64,000 bases of DNA from Candidatus Buchananbacteria bacterium. GTDB lineage: Bacteria; Patescibacteriota; Patescibacteriia; Buchananbacterales; UBA6539. The stretch's first letter is position 1. Every line of letters starts with the position of its first letter. The position numbers and the translations under genes are program-made. The notes beneath the pieces were generated by a model. It saw only the letters and a list, made by a program, of their open reading frames with translations, searched no databases and was not told the origin of the DNA. Positions 1 to 8,279 of the stretch are shown in pieces. The stretch covers positions 113,470 to 177,469 of the forward strand of contig JABWCG010000002.1 of NCBI GenBank assembly GCA_013359225.1, read 5' to 3'.

Positions 1-732
1 TTCCGTCGCTTGGGCTATCAAAAACCGCCGAAGAATTGGGGAATTGTCTATGATAGCACTAATAAAAGGCCAGTGGGCCGGGCAATCGCCAGAATTTATG
101 ACAAGAAATATAATAAGTTGCTGGAAACCAGGGTTACTGACAGCAAGGGTCGTTACTCATTCTTAGTAAACAACAATGTCTATTATGTGACGGCTGAAAA
201 ATTAGGCTATAAGCAGGCTAAAACCTCTGACATTGATTTGTCTGAAAAGGGTAAAGATGCAGTGGTCGGAATGGATATTCCTTTGGAAAAGGGTCAGGGC
301 GTTACTGAAGCTCCGGCGCCAGAAATTAAACCAGCCGCACCGTTACCGGCTAAACCACCGGCCGACAAGGTTGGTTTGCCCGCCGTATCAGCTACTCAGC
401 CAACACACGAGGTTGATCAGCCGGTTTTGGATAGTGATGATATTTTCCAAAAGTTGAGCCATTTGGAAGTGGGTAGGGAATCCCTTGAGGAGCTGATTAA
501 GGCGAAAAAAGAGGTTGAACAAATTGAGGCGGAAGTTGAGGATCGCCAAGAAAATTTAGAACAGCTTGAAGAAAAAATTGATGATATTAAAGAAAATCTG
601 GAAGAAAAAATCGCCAAATTAAATCAGTCAAAAGATAATACGCCTAAACCGGCAACTACCACATCAGCGCCAAAGGCGCCCGAACCACCAAAACCTCAGT
701 CTGGTGGTGAAAAACCTAACATTTTTGGTTAA
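1..732 (+). CDS. C-terminal part of a larger protein (carboxypeptidase-regulatory-like beta domain, Pro-rich linker, acidic coiled coil); 5' end lies upstream of the window
   Basis: Frame open from base 1 (TTC CGT CGC TTG); 'GIVYDS..KRPV..A...IYD...TDSKGRYSF' is typical of the CarboxypepD_reg-like fold; heptad-rich EELIKAKKEVEQIE...LEEKI segment. Confidence 0.55.
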   Translation, partial: FRRLGYQKPPKNWGIVYDSTNKRPVGRAIARIYDKKYNKLLETRVTDSKGRYSFLVNNNVYYVTAEKLGYKQAKTSDIDLSEKGKDAVVGMDIPLEKGQGVTEAPAPEIKPAAPLPAKPPADKVGLPAVSATQPTHEVDQPVLDSDDIFQKLSHLEVGRESLEELIKAKKEVEQIEAEVEDRQENLEQLEEKIDDIKENLEEKIAKLNQSKDNTPKPATTTSAPKAPEPPKPQSGGEKPNIFG

Positions 733-734
733 GT

Positions 735-1298
735 ATGTTTAAAGAGGAAAAACGTCAAGCCGTTCATATCTTACTTTTGGTTTTTGCTTTTAGTCTAAAA
801 TATTTAAATCGGACCACAGCGGCGTTGTTGTTGTTCGGATTTTTGTTAGTGGTGCTGTTTATTGTTCCCCGATTGCGTGGACGACATCATTTTTATCGCC
901 GGGAAGATAAAAAATATAGCCAGGGTGCGGTAAATTATTTTTTGGTGCTGTTGGTGTTGGTGTTAGTTTTTCCGTTTGAGGTAGTGGCTGCGAGTTGGGG
1001 GATTCTGGCATTGGGTGACGGCATGGCAACACTGGTCGGTAAAAATTTTAAAACCCAAGAGCTGGCCTGGAACAGGAATAAGAGCTATATCGGTAGTGTG
1101 GCATTTATACTGTTTGGAACAGTCGGCGCTTATGTTTTGTTGCGCTGGATGTCGCCTGATTTGACAACTTTGTTTGTGTTAGGGGTAAGTTTCAAGGCCG
1201 CGACGGTATCGGCTATCGTTGAAAGCCTGCCCTGGAAAATTGATGATAATATTTCCGTGCCCTTAGTTAGCGCTGTCGTTGTGTCCTGGCTTATTTAG
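735..1298 (+). CDS. CTP-dependent polyprenol/diacylglycerol kinase family membrane protein (SEC59/DGK1/VTE5-like)
   Basis: Motifs 'RQAVH', 'LALGDGMATLVG', 'KSYIGS', 'VES...IDDNISVP'; multiple hydrophobic helices. Confidence 0.8.
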   Translation: MFKEEKRQAVHILLLVFAFSLKYLNRTTAALLLFGFLLVVLFIVPRLRGRHHFYRREDKKYSQGAVNYFLVLLVLVLVFPFEVVAASWGILALGDGMATLVGKNFKTQELAWNRNKSYIGSVAFILFGTVGAYVLLRWMSPDLTTLFVLGVSFKAATVSAIVESLPWKIDDNISVPLVSAVVVSWLI

Positions 1299-1349
1299 TT
1301 CGACTGTTTTGGGGTTGAAAAAAATGCTAAAATCAGCTAAGCTATTTTT

Positions 1350-2735
1350 ATGTCAAAAAAGCAAATGAAAAACGAATTGATGGATAAAATTGTCTCTTTG
1401 ACCAAACAAAGAGGCTTTATTTTCCCATCCTCAGAAATTTACGGCGGCTTTGCCAATACGTTTGATTATGGTCCGCTTGGGGTTGAATTAAAAAACAACA
1501 TCAAGCGAAAGTGGTGGCGCCGATTTGTGCATGGTCGTGATGATGTCGTCGGTATTGACGCCTCATTGATTATGAATCCCCGGGTTTGGGAAGCTTCCGG
1601 GCACTTGAAAAATTTCACCGATCCGTTAGTTGATTGTAAAAAATGTAAGAAACGCTTCCGGGCCGATCATTTGCTGGCTGCTAAGGGCATTAAACCTGAT
1701 TTAGGAACAATGAAAGAGGTTCCTAAGGAGTTAAAAATTTGTCCGGAGTGTGGCGGAGAATTAACCGAAGTACGAAAATTCAACCTGATGTTTAAAACGT
1801 ATATTGGTCCGGTTGAAGACGACGGTGCTGTTGCATATTTGCGGCCGGAAACCGCTCAGGCAATGTTTGTTGATTTTAAAAATGTTGTCGATACGACTCG
1901 CGTTGGTTTTCCGTTTGGGATCGCCCAGGTTGGTCGGGCATTTCGCAATGAAATTACTCCCGGAAATTTTATATTTCGTACTCGAGAATTTGAACAAATG
2001 GAAATTGAATATTTTATTCAGGAAAAAGACTGGCAAAAATATTTTGAACATTGGTTGGATGAAATGAAAGCCTGGATTGAGGCGTTGGGTATTTCACAAA
2101 AAGACGTAGTGTATCGGGAAATTCCTAAAGATGAACTGGCACACTATTCAAAGCGGACAATTGATATTGATTTTAAATTTCCGTTTGGACAAGATGAGCT
2201 GTATGGCTTGGCCTATCGAACCGATTTTGATTTAAAGAATCACACCAACTCCAGCGGCCAGGATTTATCCTACACTGACCCAAAAACTTCTGAAAAATTT
2301 GTGCCACATGTGATTGAACCGACTTGGGGCGTGGATCGAACATTGTTGGCAGTGTTGGTCGCCGCCTATCATGAAGAAAAAGCGCCAACTGCCGATGGTA
2401 AAACCGAAACTCGGGTGGTGATGAAATTTCCAAAAGATTTGGCACCATATCAGATTGCGGTATTGCCGTTGTCTAAGAAAGAGGAATTATCGAAATTATC
2501 TAAGGAAATTTCCAAAACATTACGAAAATATTTTTCGGTTAATTACGACGAAACACAAAGTATCGGCCGCCGCTACCGCCGCCAAGATGAAATTGGTACC
2601 CCGTATTGTATTACGGTTGATTTTGACAGTTTGACTGATCAATCAGTGACAGTCCGTGATCGTGATTCAATGAAGCAGGATCGAATTAAGATTGCTCAAC
2701 TGGCAGAATATTTAAAGAATAAATTAGAATTATAA
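1350..2735 (+). CDS. glyQS: Glycyl-tRNA synthetase, homodimeric alpha2 type
   Basis: 'RGFIFPSSEIYGG', 'YLRPETAQ', 'FRNEITPGNFIFRTREFEQMEIE', C-terminal anticodon-binding 'IGRRYRRQDEIGTP'. Confidence 0.97.
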   Translation: MSKKQMKNELMDKIVSLTKQRGFIFPSSEIYGGFANTFDYGPLGVELKNNIKRKWWRRFVHGRDDVVGIDASLIMNPRVWEASGHLKNFTDPLVDCKKCKKRFRADHLLAAKGIKPDLGTMKEVPKELKICPECGGELTEVRKFNLMFKTYIGPVEDDGAVAYLRPETAQAMFVDFKNVVDTTRVGFPFGIAQVGRAFRNEITPGNFIFRTREFEQMEIEYFIQEKDWQKYFEHWLDEMKAWIEALGISQKDVVYREIPKDELAHYSKRTIDIDFKFPFGQDELYGLAYRTDFDLKNHTNSSGQDLSYTDPKTSEKFVPHVIEPTWGVDRTLLAVLVAAYHEEKAPTADGKTETRVVMKFPKDLAPYQIAVLPLSKKEELSKLSKEISKTLRKYFSVNYDETQSIGRRYRRQDEIGTPYCITVDFDSLTDQSVTVRDRDSMKQDRIKIAQLAEYLKNKLEL

Positions 2736-2736
2736 C

Positions 2737-4005
2737 GTGCACCAAAGCAGTAAATTGAAAAATGGTTTGCGATTAATACTGGCACCGCTTACGGAAACAA
2801 AGGCGGTGACAGTTTTAGTATTGCTGCCGGTTGGTTCTCGCTATGAGACCAAAAAAATTAATGGCGTTTCGCATTTTGTTGAACATCTATTGTTTAAGGG
2901 TACGGCGAAGCGGCCGACTAGCCTAGACATTACCAAAGAGCTTGATGCTGTGGGCGCCGAGTATAATGCTTTTACCGGCAAAGATCATACTGGTTATTAC
3001 ATCAAGGTTGCGGCTGAACGCATTGAATTAGCGTTTGATATTTTATCCGACATGTTGTTTAATTCCACTTTTGACCAGGCGGAAATAGACAAAGAGCGGG
3101 GAGTGATTATTGAAGAAATCAATATGTATAACGACAATCCGCTGATTCATTTGGGTGGACTTTTCGAACAAACGATTTTTGGCAATCATCCGCTGGGTTG
3201 GTTGATTTCCGGCCCTAAGCAGGTGATAAAAACCGTTTCGCGCCAGCAGATTGTGGCTTACAAACAACAACATTATCAGCCGCATAATATTGTATTGACA
3301 GTGGCGGGTAATTTTAAGACTAACACCGTCAAGAGGCTGGCTAATCAATATTTTGGACTCGCATCAAAAACAAAAAACAAAAAAAGTTTCAAAAAAATTC
3401 AGATTAGACAATCTCAACCGCGGGTGAATATATTGTATAAGGATACGCAGCAGGTTCAGTTGGGGCTTGGTTTTCCGGCATTTGAGACGGCAAACCCCAA
3501 AATTTTTGCTTTATATGTTTTGGCGGTTATTTTGGGCGGCAATATGAGTTCCAGGTTGTTTATCAATGTTCGCGAGAAACACGGTTTGGCGTATTATATC
3601 AGAACTGATTTAAGCACTTATCACGATACGGGAAACTTTTTGGTCCAGGCCGGACTTGACCGCAAGCGGATTAAAGAAGCTCTTGTCCTAATTATTGCTG
3701 AACTTCAAGATATTAAGGCTAACGGTGTAACTCCGAAAGAATTGCGCGCCGCAAAAGATTTTTTAAAGGGTAAGCTGATTTTAGATCTAGAAGATTCTGA
3801 AAATATTGCTGATTGGTATGGCAAACAAGTTTTACTTTTAGGTAAAACATATACGCCGGCTGAGAGGCTGAAAAAGATTTCAGCGGTAAGTCTTTTCGAT
3901 GTTGCCACAGTGGCAAAAGAGATTTTTCAATCAAAACATTTTAATTTGGCAATGATTGGTCCGTTTAAGAATTCAGCTGAGTTTAAAAAACTGTTGAAAC
4001 TTTAA
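2737..4005 (+). CDS. M16 family (pitrilysin/MPP-like) zinc peptidase
   Basis: Inverted zinc motif HFVEH followed by 'LLFKGT', 'NAFT', 'GGNMSSRLF..VRE..GLAY'; GTG start. Confidence 0.92.
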   Translation: MHQSSKLKNGLRLILAPLTETKAVTVLVLLPVGSRYETKKINGVSHFVEHLLFKGTAKRPTSLDITKELDAVGAEYNAFTGKDHTGYYIKVAAERIELAFDILSDMLFNSTFDQAEIDKERGVIIEEINMYNDNPLIHLGGLFEQTIFGNHPLGWLISGPKQVIKTVSRQQIVAYKQQHYQPHNIVLTVAGNFKTNTVKRLANQYFGLASKTKNKKSFKKIQIRQSQPRVNILYKDTQQVQLGLGFPAFETANPKIFALYVLAVILGGNMSSRLFINVREKHGLAYYIRTDLSTYHDTGNFLVQAGLDRKRIKEALVLIIAELQDIKANGVTPKELRAAKDFLKGKLILDLEDSENIADWYGKQVLLLGKTYTPAERLKKISAVSLFDVATVAKEIFQSKHFNLAMIGPFKNSAEFKKLLKL

Positions 4006-4020
4006 CCTGTTGCTATATCA

Positions 4021-4053
4021 AAAAGACCCTTCGTGAAAACCAAAGGGTCTTTT
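4021..4053. terminator. Bidirectional intrinsic terminator between convergent genes
   Basis: AAAAGACCCTT...AAGGGTCTTTT inverted repeat with A and T tracts. Confidence 0.75.
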
Positions 4054-4064
4054 TGATTGGACTG

Positions 4065-4535
4065 TCAGGTAAAAATAATCAGCGCCAAAAAAGTTAAAAG
4101 AAATATTGCCTGAATTGTCATGCCGGCTTTAAAAGGCACTGTCAGACCTTTTAAGGCGTAGTGCAGGTTCCAGTGGATCGAAAAATATTTTTCAAGCAAT
4201 TTAGTCTTGGTGAGAACATAAATGCCCTGGAGAAAGTCCGGCATAATTGTTCCGGCAACTGCGAAAAGCGCCACCCAAAAGTTTTGAATCTGCCCGGTTA
4301 AGTATAGGCTGGTGAGGCTGATAGTCATTACAATAACGTCAATGGCGGTTAACTTTTTTAGCAGTAAAACCTCATGCGCCGAAAACTTGAATTTTTCTTT
4401 TACCAGAGTGGTGTCTCCATGGGGGATCATATCAAGCAGGAAATGAGAAAAAAATCCCAGCACAAAAGCAAGGCCGATATTATTAGTTTGTTCGGCGATT
4501 AAAACTCCGGCGGCCGAGTGAACAGTAAGAAACAT
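4065..4535 (-). CDS. Membrane-bound metal-dependent hydrolase-like protein, paralog 2
   Basis: 'H.AAG...SHFLLD..PH', 'G...PD' and a late His; several TM helices. Confidence 0.6.
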   Translation of the reverse strand: MFLTVHSAAGVLIAEQTNNIGLAFVLGFFSHFLLDMIPHGDTTLVKEKFKFSAHEVLLLKKLTAIDVIVMTISLTSLYLTGQIQNFWVALFAVAGTIMPDFLQGIYVLTKTKLLEKYFSIHWNLHYALKGLTVPFKAGMTIQAIFLLTFLALIIFT

Positions 4536-5008
4536 TAGATCAGCGGTTTAATGATGACAATCAAAGCAATAAGCTGGGTGAGGTGCCCCAGAATAAAAGA
4601 GATATTTTTTTCCGGCGAGTAGTGGACAAGATGATGAAAGTCGTTGAATTTTTTAAGAAAACGGTTTTTGGGGAATAAGAAACTTGATGCCTGGAGAATG
4701 TCAGGTAGGATTGATCCAATTACCCCCCAGATAATCGGTCCGGTAATAAGGTGAATATTGTTAGTTAAAAGTGCCGCGACAATAATGACGGCAACACAGA
4801 TTTCAAAGTAGACTAGGGCGACGATTTTGTTAAAGTATTTTCTTCGTAATGTTTTGGCGTTGTGGCCTTTAGAATCGATATTGGCGTCGGCATGTGGCAT
4901 CATGTCCAGGAAAAAGTGGGAAATGAAGCCGACAATGAATGAAATCAGTGAGTGATTAATGGTGCTGCCAATTAAAACCCCGGCGGCAGCATGGATTGAC
5001 AAGTACAT
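4535..5008 (-). CDS. Membrane-bound metal-dependent hydrolase-like protein, paralog 1
   Basis: 'H.AAG...SHFFLD..PH', 'GSILPD', 'FHHLVH'; stop overlaps the next start (TAATG). Confidence 0.6.
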   Translation of the reverse strand: MYLSIHAAAGVLIGSTINHSLISFIVGFISHFFLDMMPHADANIDSKGHNAKTLRRKYFNKIVALVYFEICVAVIIVAALLTNNIHLITGPIIWGVIGSILPDILQASSFLFPKNRFLKKFNDFHHLVHYSPEKNISFILGHLTQLIALIVIIKPLI

Positions 5009-5120
5009 AGTTTATTTTATTAGTCCTTTATTTGTCTTTGAATTAATTTTAACAAAAAAAAATTGACTTGAAAAGACAAACAAAAAACCCTTTAAACAAG
5101 AAAGGATTTTTTAATCTATC

Positions 5121-5196
5121 TGGTAGCGAGGGTGGGGATCGAACCCACGACCTAAGGGTTATGATTCCTTTGCTCTACCAACTGAGCTACCTCGCC
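5121..5196 (-). tRNA. tRNA with CAT anticodon, probably elongator tRNA-Met (tRNA-Ile2 not excluded)
   Basis: Minus strand GGCGAGG-TAGCTCAGTTGGTAGAGC-A-AAGGA-ATCATAA-CCCTT-AGGTC-GTGGG-TTCGATC-CCCAC-CCTCGCT-A-CCA; cloverleaf with encoded CCA. Confidence 0.9.
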
Positions 5197-5213
5197 GTAT
5201 GTATAAGACACTT

Positions 5214-5288
5214 TGGTTGCGGGGGCGGGATTTGCACCCGCGACCTCCAGGTTATGGGCCTGGCGAGCTGCTACTGCTCTACCCCGCG
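5214..5288 (-). tRNA. Initiator tRNA-fMet (CAT), non-canonical
   Basis: CGCGGGG...CCCCGCA-A-CCA with C1:A72 mismatch; anticodon arm CCAGG-CCCATAA-CCTGG. Confidence 0.92.
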
Positions 5289-5306
5289 TCGGTTTGATTA
5301 CCTGGT

Positions 5307-5336
5307 TACTATATAGTAAATTGTCTCTACTGTCAA
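5307..5336 (-). promoter_or_regulatory. Sigma70-type promoter of the tRNA-fMet/tRNA-Met operon
   Basis: Minus strand TTGACA with TATAGT about 17 nt downstream, just upstream of tRNA-fMet. Confidence 0.65.
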
Positions 5337-5367
5337 CGTTTAAACATATAAAAAAGCGACAAGCTGG

Positions 5368-5733
5368 TCAGCTGGTCGCCTGTGGCAGTACTTCGTACTG
5401 CAGCTGTGTTACCCCCTTGCGGGTAAAACCTAAAAATTCCGCTGCCGCTTTGGAGACGTCGAGGTCTCGGCCTTTAACAAAAGGACCGCGGTCGGTGATA
5501 GTGACGGTTAAGGTTTTACCGTTATCCGGATTGGTCAGTTTGACCGGTGTTCCGAATGGGAGATCTTTGTGGGCAGCCAGGTGCTTATCTCGACTGTTGA
5601 AGACGTCACCGTTTGCCATCTTGTTGCCAGGTAGGTTATACCAGCTAACGGTGAGAGTCGGTTTTTCCGACAATGGCGTCATTTGGGGGCCGACGATCAG
5701 ACTTACTGCCACGACAAAAATAGCACAGTTCAC
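5368..5733 (-). CDS. rlpA: RlpA-like double-psi beta-barrel protein (septal ring lytic transglycosylase family)
   Basis: 'SWY...G.KMANG..F.....AAHKDLPFGT.V..TN..NGK...V.ITDRGPFVKGR.LDVS..AA..LG'; N-terminal hydrophobic signal. Confidence 0.88.
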   Translation of the reverse strand: MNCAIFVVAVSLIVGPQMTPLSEKPTLTVSWYNLPGNKMANGDVFNSRDKHLAAHKDLPFGTPVKLTNPDNGKTLTVTITDRGPFVKGRDLDVSKAAAEFLGFTRKGVTQLQYEVLPQATS

Positions 5734-5887
5734 TTTCTTTCCCTCTCATTTGAGCTTTAAGTAGATGAATAGCGCGACAAGGCCCACCCTTGTCTTTAGA
5801 GCCGTTCTTTTATTCAAAGCTGCAGTTTCCTAAAGAGCTAAGTTTTTATTATACACTTTTATTTCAGTCTGTCAAGAGTTTTTAATA

Positions 5888-5923
5888 AAAGAAGAAGAGT
5901 TTTTTAAAAAACTCTTCTTCTTT
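5888..5923. repeat. Perfect 36-bp palindrome, likely terminator of the Nudix gene
   Basis: AAAGAAGAAGAG-TTTTTT-AAAAAA-CTCTTCTTCTTT with no spacer. Confidence 0.8.
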
Positions 5924-5940
5924 GTTTATTTTTTATTGTT

Positions 5941-6438
5941 TTAGAGTTGCTCTCGGTAGTAACCAATTGGTGTTGGATCAAATATTTTTCCATCTAAATA
6001 GTGGGAAACTGCATCAATAATATCGTGATCTCGCAGGACGCCGTCGGCTTTAAGCTTTTTAATTTCTTCAAGAGTAAACCAGCGGGCATCCATAATCTCT
6101 TCTGGATCAAGCTGGATATTTTCTGTAACTGGTTCGGCGGCAAAGATGAATTTAACGGCATGGACTGTCCGGCCGGTCCGGGCACTTTTTTTAATAAGGG
6201 AATAGACTCCAAGAAAACCGACAATTTTTATTTTTAGGCCTGTTTCTTCTTCTGCTTCTCGTTTAGCGCCATCAATGATATTTTCGTAAAGGTCAATCCA
6301 GCCTGCCGGATGATTCCAACTGCCTTTTTCAGCCACATTTTCTTGGACTAACAAAAAACGGTCGTCTTTTTTGATCAGACAACCACCGGCGATGAAGGGT
6401 TGGGTTACTACTCGGTTTTCTACTGGAACTTGTTCCAT
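5941..6438 (-). CDS. Nudix hydrolase; true start is ATG at 6438 (the ORF-track extension overlaps tRNA-Leu)
   Basis: Nudix box 'GWIDLYENIIDGAKREAEEETGL'; GGTG purine-rich RBS upstream of ATG. Confidence 0.88.
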   Translation of the reverse strand: MEQVPVENRVVTQPFIAGGCLIKKDDRFLLVQENVAEKGSWNHPAGWIDLYENIIDGAKREAEEETGLKIKIVGFLGVYSLIKKSARTGRTVHAVKFIFAAEPVTENIQLDPEEIMDARWFTLEEIKKLKADGVLRDHDIIDAVSHYLDGKIFDPTPIGYYREQL

Positions 6439-6476
6439 AATTTTTTCACCCACCTTGCTTGATGGCAAGGCGAGAC

Positions 6477-6561
6477 TGGTGCCCGAGGAGAGACTCGAAC
6501 TCTCATGCCTTTCGGCACACGATTTTGAGTCGTGCGTGTATACCAATTTCACCACTCGGGC
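6477..6561 (-). tRNA. tRNA-Leu(CAA)
   Basis: GCCCGAG...CACGA-CTCAAAA-TCGTG, long variable arm TGCC-GAAA-GGCA, TTCGAGT T-loop, CCA end. Confidence 0.96.
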
Positions 6562-6579
6562 GTAATTACAACAAAGTCA

Positions 6580-6630
6580 ATTATAATGCACTATTTTAAA
6601 ATTGTCAAAGGAGGTTTTTTCTACTATAAT
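6580..6630. promoter_or_regulatory. Overlapping divergent sigma70 promoters for tRNA-Leu (-) and parA (+)
   Basis: Plus: TTGTCA(6602-6607)-17-TATAAT(6625-6630). Minus: TTGACA(6608-6603)-17-TATAAT(6585-6580). Confidence 0.75.
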
Positions 6631-6636
6631 ATAGTC

Positions 6637-7410
6637 ATGTCGCGCACCATTGCTATTGTTAATCAGAAGGGCGGAGTCGGCAAGACTACTACCGCTATCA
6701 ATTTGGGAGCTTATCTGGCCTGGCTGGGTAAGTTTGTTTTATTGGTTGACCTTGACCCGCAGGCTAATGCCACATCCGGCCTGGGACTTGATTTAAGTAA
6801 ATTAACCCAGGGTGTTTATAACACGCTGATTGAACCAATTTCATTTCGGGAGATTATTAAAGGCACGTCGCATCCGGGCTACAAGATTGCGCCGGCAACG
6901 GCTGACCTGGCTGGGGCGCGCGTTGAATTAGTTAATATGGATGAACGGGAATTTCGGCTTCGCCAGACCATGCTTGAAGTAAAACATGATTATGATTATA
7001 TCATCATTGATTGTCCGCCTTCGCTTGATTTACTGACCATTAACGGTTTGGTAGCGGCTGATGAAGTTGTAATCCCAGTTCAGGCTGAATATCTTGCTTT
7101 GGAAGGTTTAGGGCAACTGCTTGGCACGGTTGATTTGGTTAAAAATAATCTTAAGCCCGAGCTTAATGTTTTGGGCGCAGTAGTAACAATGTATGACAAA
7201 CGAAATAAGCTTTCGGCCCAGGTGGTTAATGAACTAAAAGAGCACTTTCCTTTTAAGCTTTTTAATACCATCGTTCCGCGTAATGTCCGCCTGACTGAAT
7301 CGCCCAGTTTTGGACAGACAATTTTATCATATGACAGCCGGTCAAGTGGTGCTAAAGCCTACGAAGATCTGGCGCGGGAAATTATTGAACAAGAAAATTA
7401 TCTTTATTAG
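6637..7410 (+). CDS. parA: Chromosome partitioning ATPase ParA/Soj (start ATG 6637)
   Basis: 'NQKGGVGKTTT', 'LVDLDPQANAT', 'IIDCPPSL', 'PVQAEYLALEG', 'VPRNVRLTESPSFG'. Confidence 0.96.
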   Translation: MSRTIAIVNQKGGVGKTTTAINLGAYLAWLGKFVLLVDLDPQANATSGLGLDLSKLTQGVYNTLIEPISFREIIKGTSHPGYKIAPATADLAGARVELVNMDEREFRLRQTMLEVKHDYDYIIIDCPPSLDLLTINGLVAADEVVIPVQAEYLALEGLGQLLGTVDLVKNNLKPELNVLGAVVTMYDKRNKLSAQVVNELKEHFPFKLFNTIVPRNVRLTESPSFGQTILSYDSRSSGAKAYEDLAREIIEQENYLY

Positions 7411-7412
7411 CT

Positions 7413-8279
7413 ATGAATAAAACTCAAGGATTAGGCAAAGGATTAAGTTCGCTTATTCCTCCCAAAATTGATCGAACCATCATGCCGTCAGGTTCGGAAG
7501 TGTTGCCGGGCGAAGAAACTGTTGTTCAGATGCCGATTGAAAAAGTTAAAGCTAACCCAATGCAGCCGCGGAGTAATTTTGACCATGAGGGCCTAGAAGA
7601 CCTAACTAATTCAATCCGAGAACACGGTATTTTGCAACCGCTAATTTTGACGCACGGCGATAATGGTACCTACCAGGTAATTGCCGGTGAGCGTCGTTTG
7701 CGCGCTTCACAAATTTTGGGGCTTAAAACTGTTCCATCAATTGTCCGTGATATTAAGGAACAACAGAAGCTGGAGCTGGCGTTGGTTGAAAATCTACAGC
7801 GTCGGGATTTAAACCCGATTGAAGAGGCGGTGGCATATCAACGCCTGATTGATGAGTTTAGTTTAACTCAAGAAGAAGTTGGCAAGCGGGTTGGTAAAAG
7901 CCGTTCAGTCATTACGAACGCATTGCGACTGTTAACACTGCCGTCAGAAATTCAGAAAGCCTTGATTAACAATAAAATAAATTACAGCACAGCCAGGGTT
8001 ATTGTTGGTTTGCCGCCTCAGGAGCGCTTGAAATTTTTTCAGAAGGTATTGCAGCAGGATTTGACGGTCCGGGCTGTTGAAAATCAGGCGCGTCAAGTCA
8101 CCGTGAAACGTCAGGCGCATAAAACTAAAGATCCTAATATCGCTACCCTTGAAGAGCGGATTGAATCATTGTTAGGGACGAAAGTAACAATTAAAAAATC
8201 AGGCGATGGCGGCCAGATTATTATTGACTATTATTCCCCAGAAGAGCTAGAAGGACTTATTGAAAAATTTGGTGATTAG
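7413..8279 (+). CDS. parB: Chromosome partitioning protein ParB/Spo0J
   Basis: 'GLGKGLSSLI', 'NPMQPR', 'IAGERRLRA', 'ENLQRRDLNPIEEA', HTH 'TQEEVGKRVGKSRS'. Confidence 0.96.
   Translation: MNKTQGLGKGLSSLIPPKIDRTIMPSGSEVLPGEETVVQMPIEKVKANPMQPRSNFDHEGLEDLTNSIREHGILQPLILTHGDNGTYQVIAGERRLRASQILGLKTVPSIVRDIKEQQKLELALVENLQRRDLNPIEEAVAYQRLIDEFSLTQEEVGKRVGKSRSVITNALRLLTLPSEIQKALINNKINYSTARVIVGLPPQERLKFFQKVLQQDLTVRAVENQARQVTVKRQAHKTKDPNIATLEERIESLLGTKVTIKKSGDGGQIIIDYYSPEELEGLIEKFGD

Noticed and set aside
5068-5764. ORFs 5068..5316(+) and 5213..5764(+)
   Set aside because: Antisense shadows of two tRNAs and rlpA; no protein-like motifs.
6439-6636. N-terminal extensions of the Nudix ORF (to 6555) and ParA ORF (from 6532)
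   Set aside because: They run through tRNA-Leu and the promoters; internal ATGs at 6438 and 6637 give family-typical starts.
6637-8279. parS site or oriC near parAB
   Set aside because: No TGTTTCACGTGAAACA-like palindrome or DnaA-box array found by eye.
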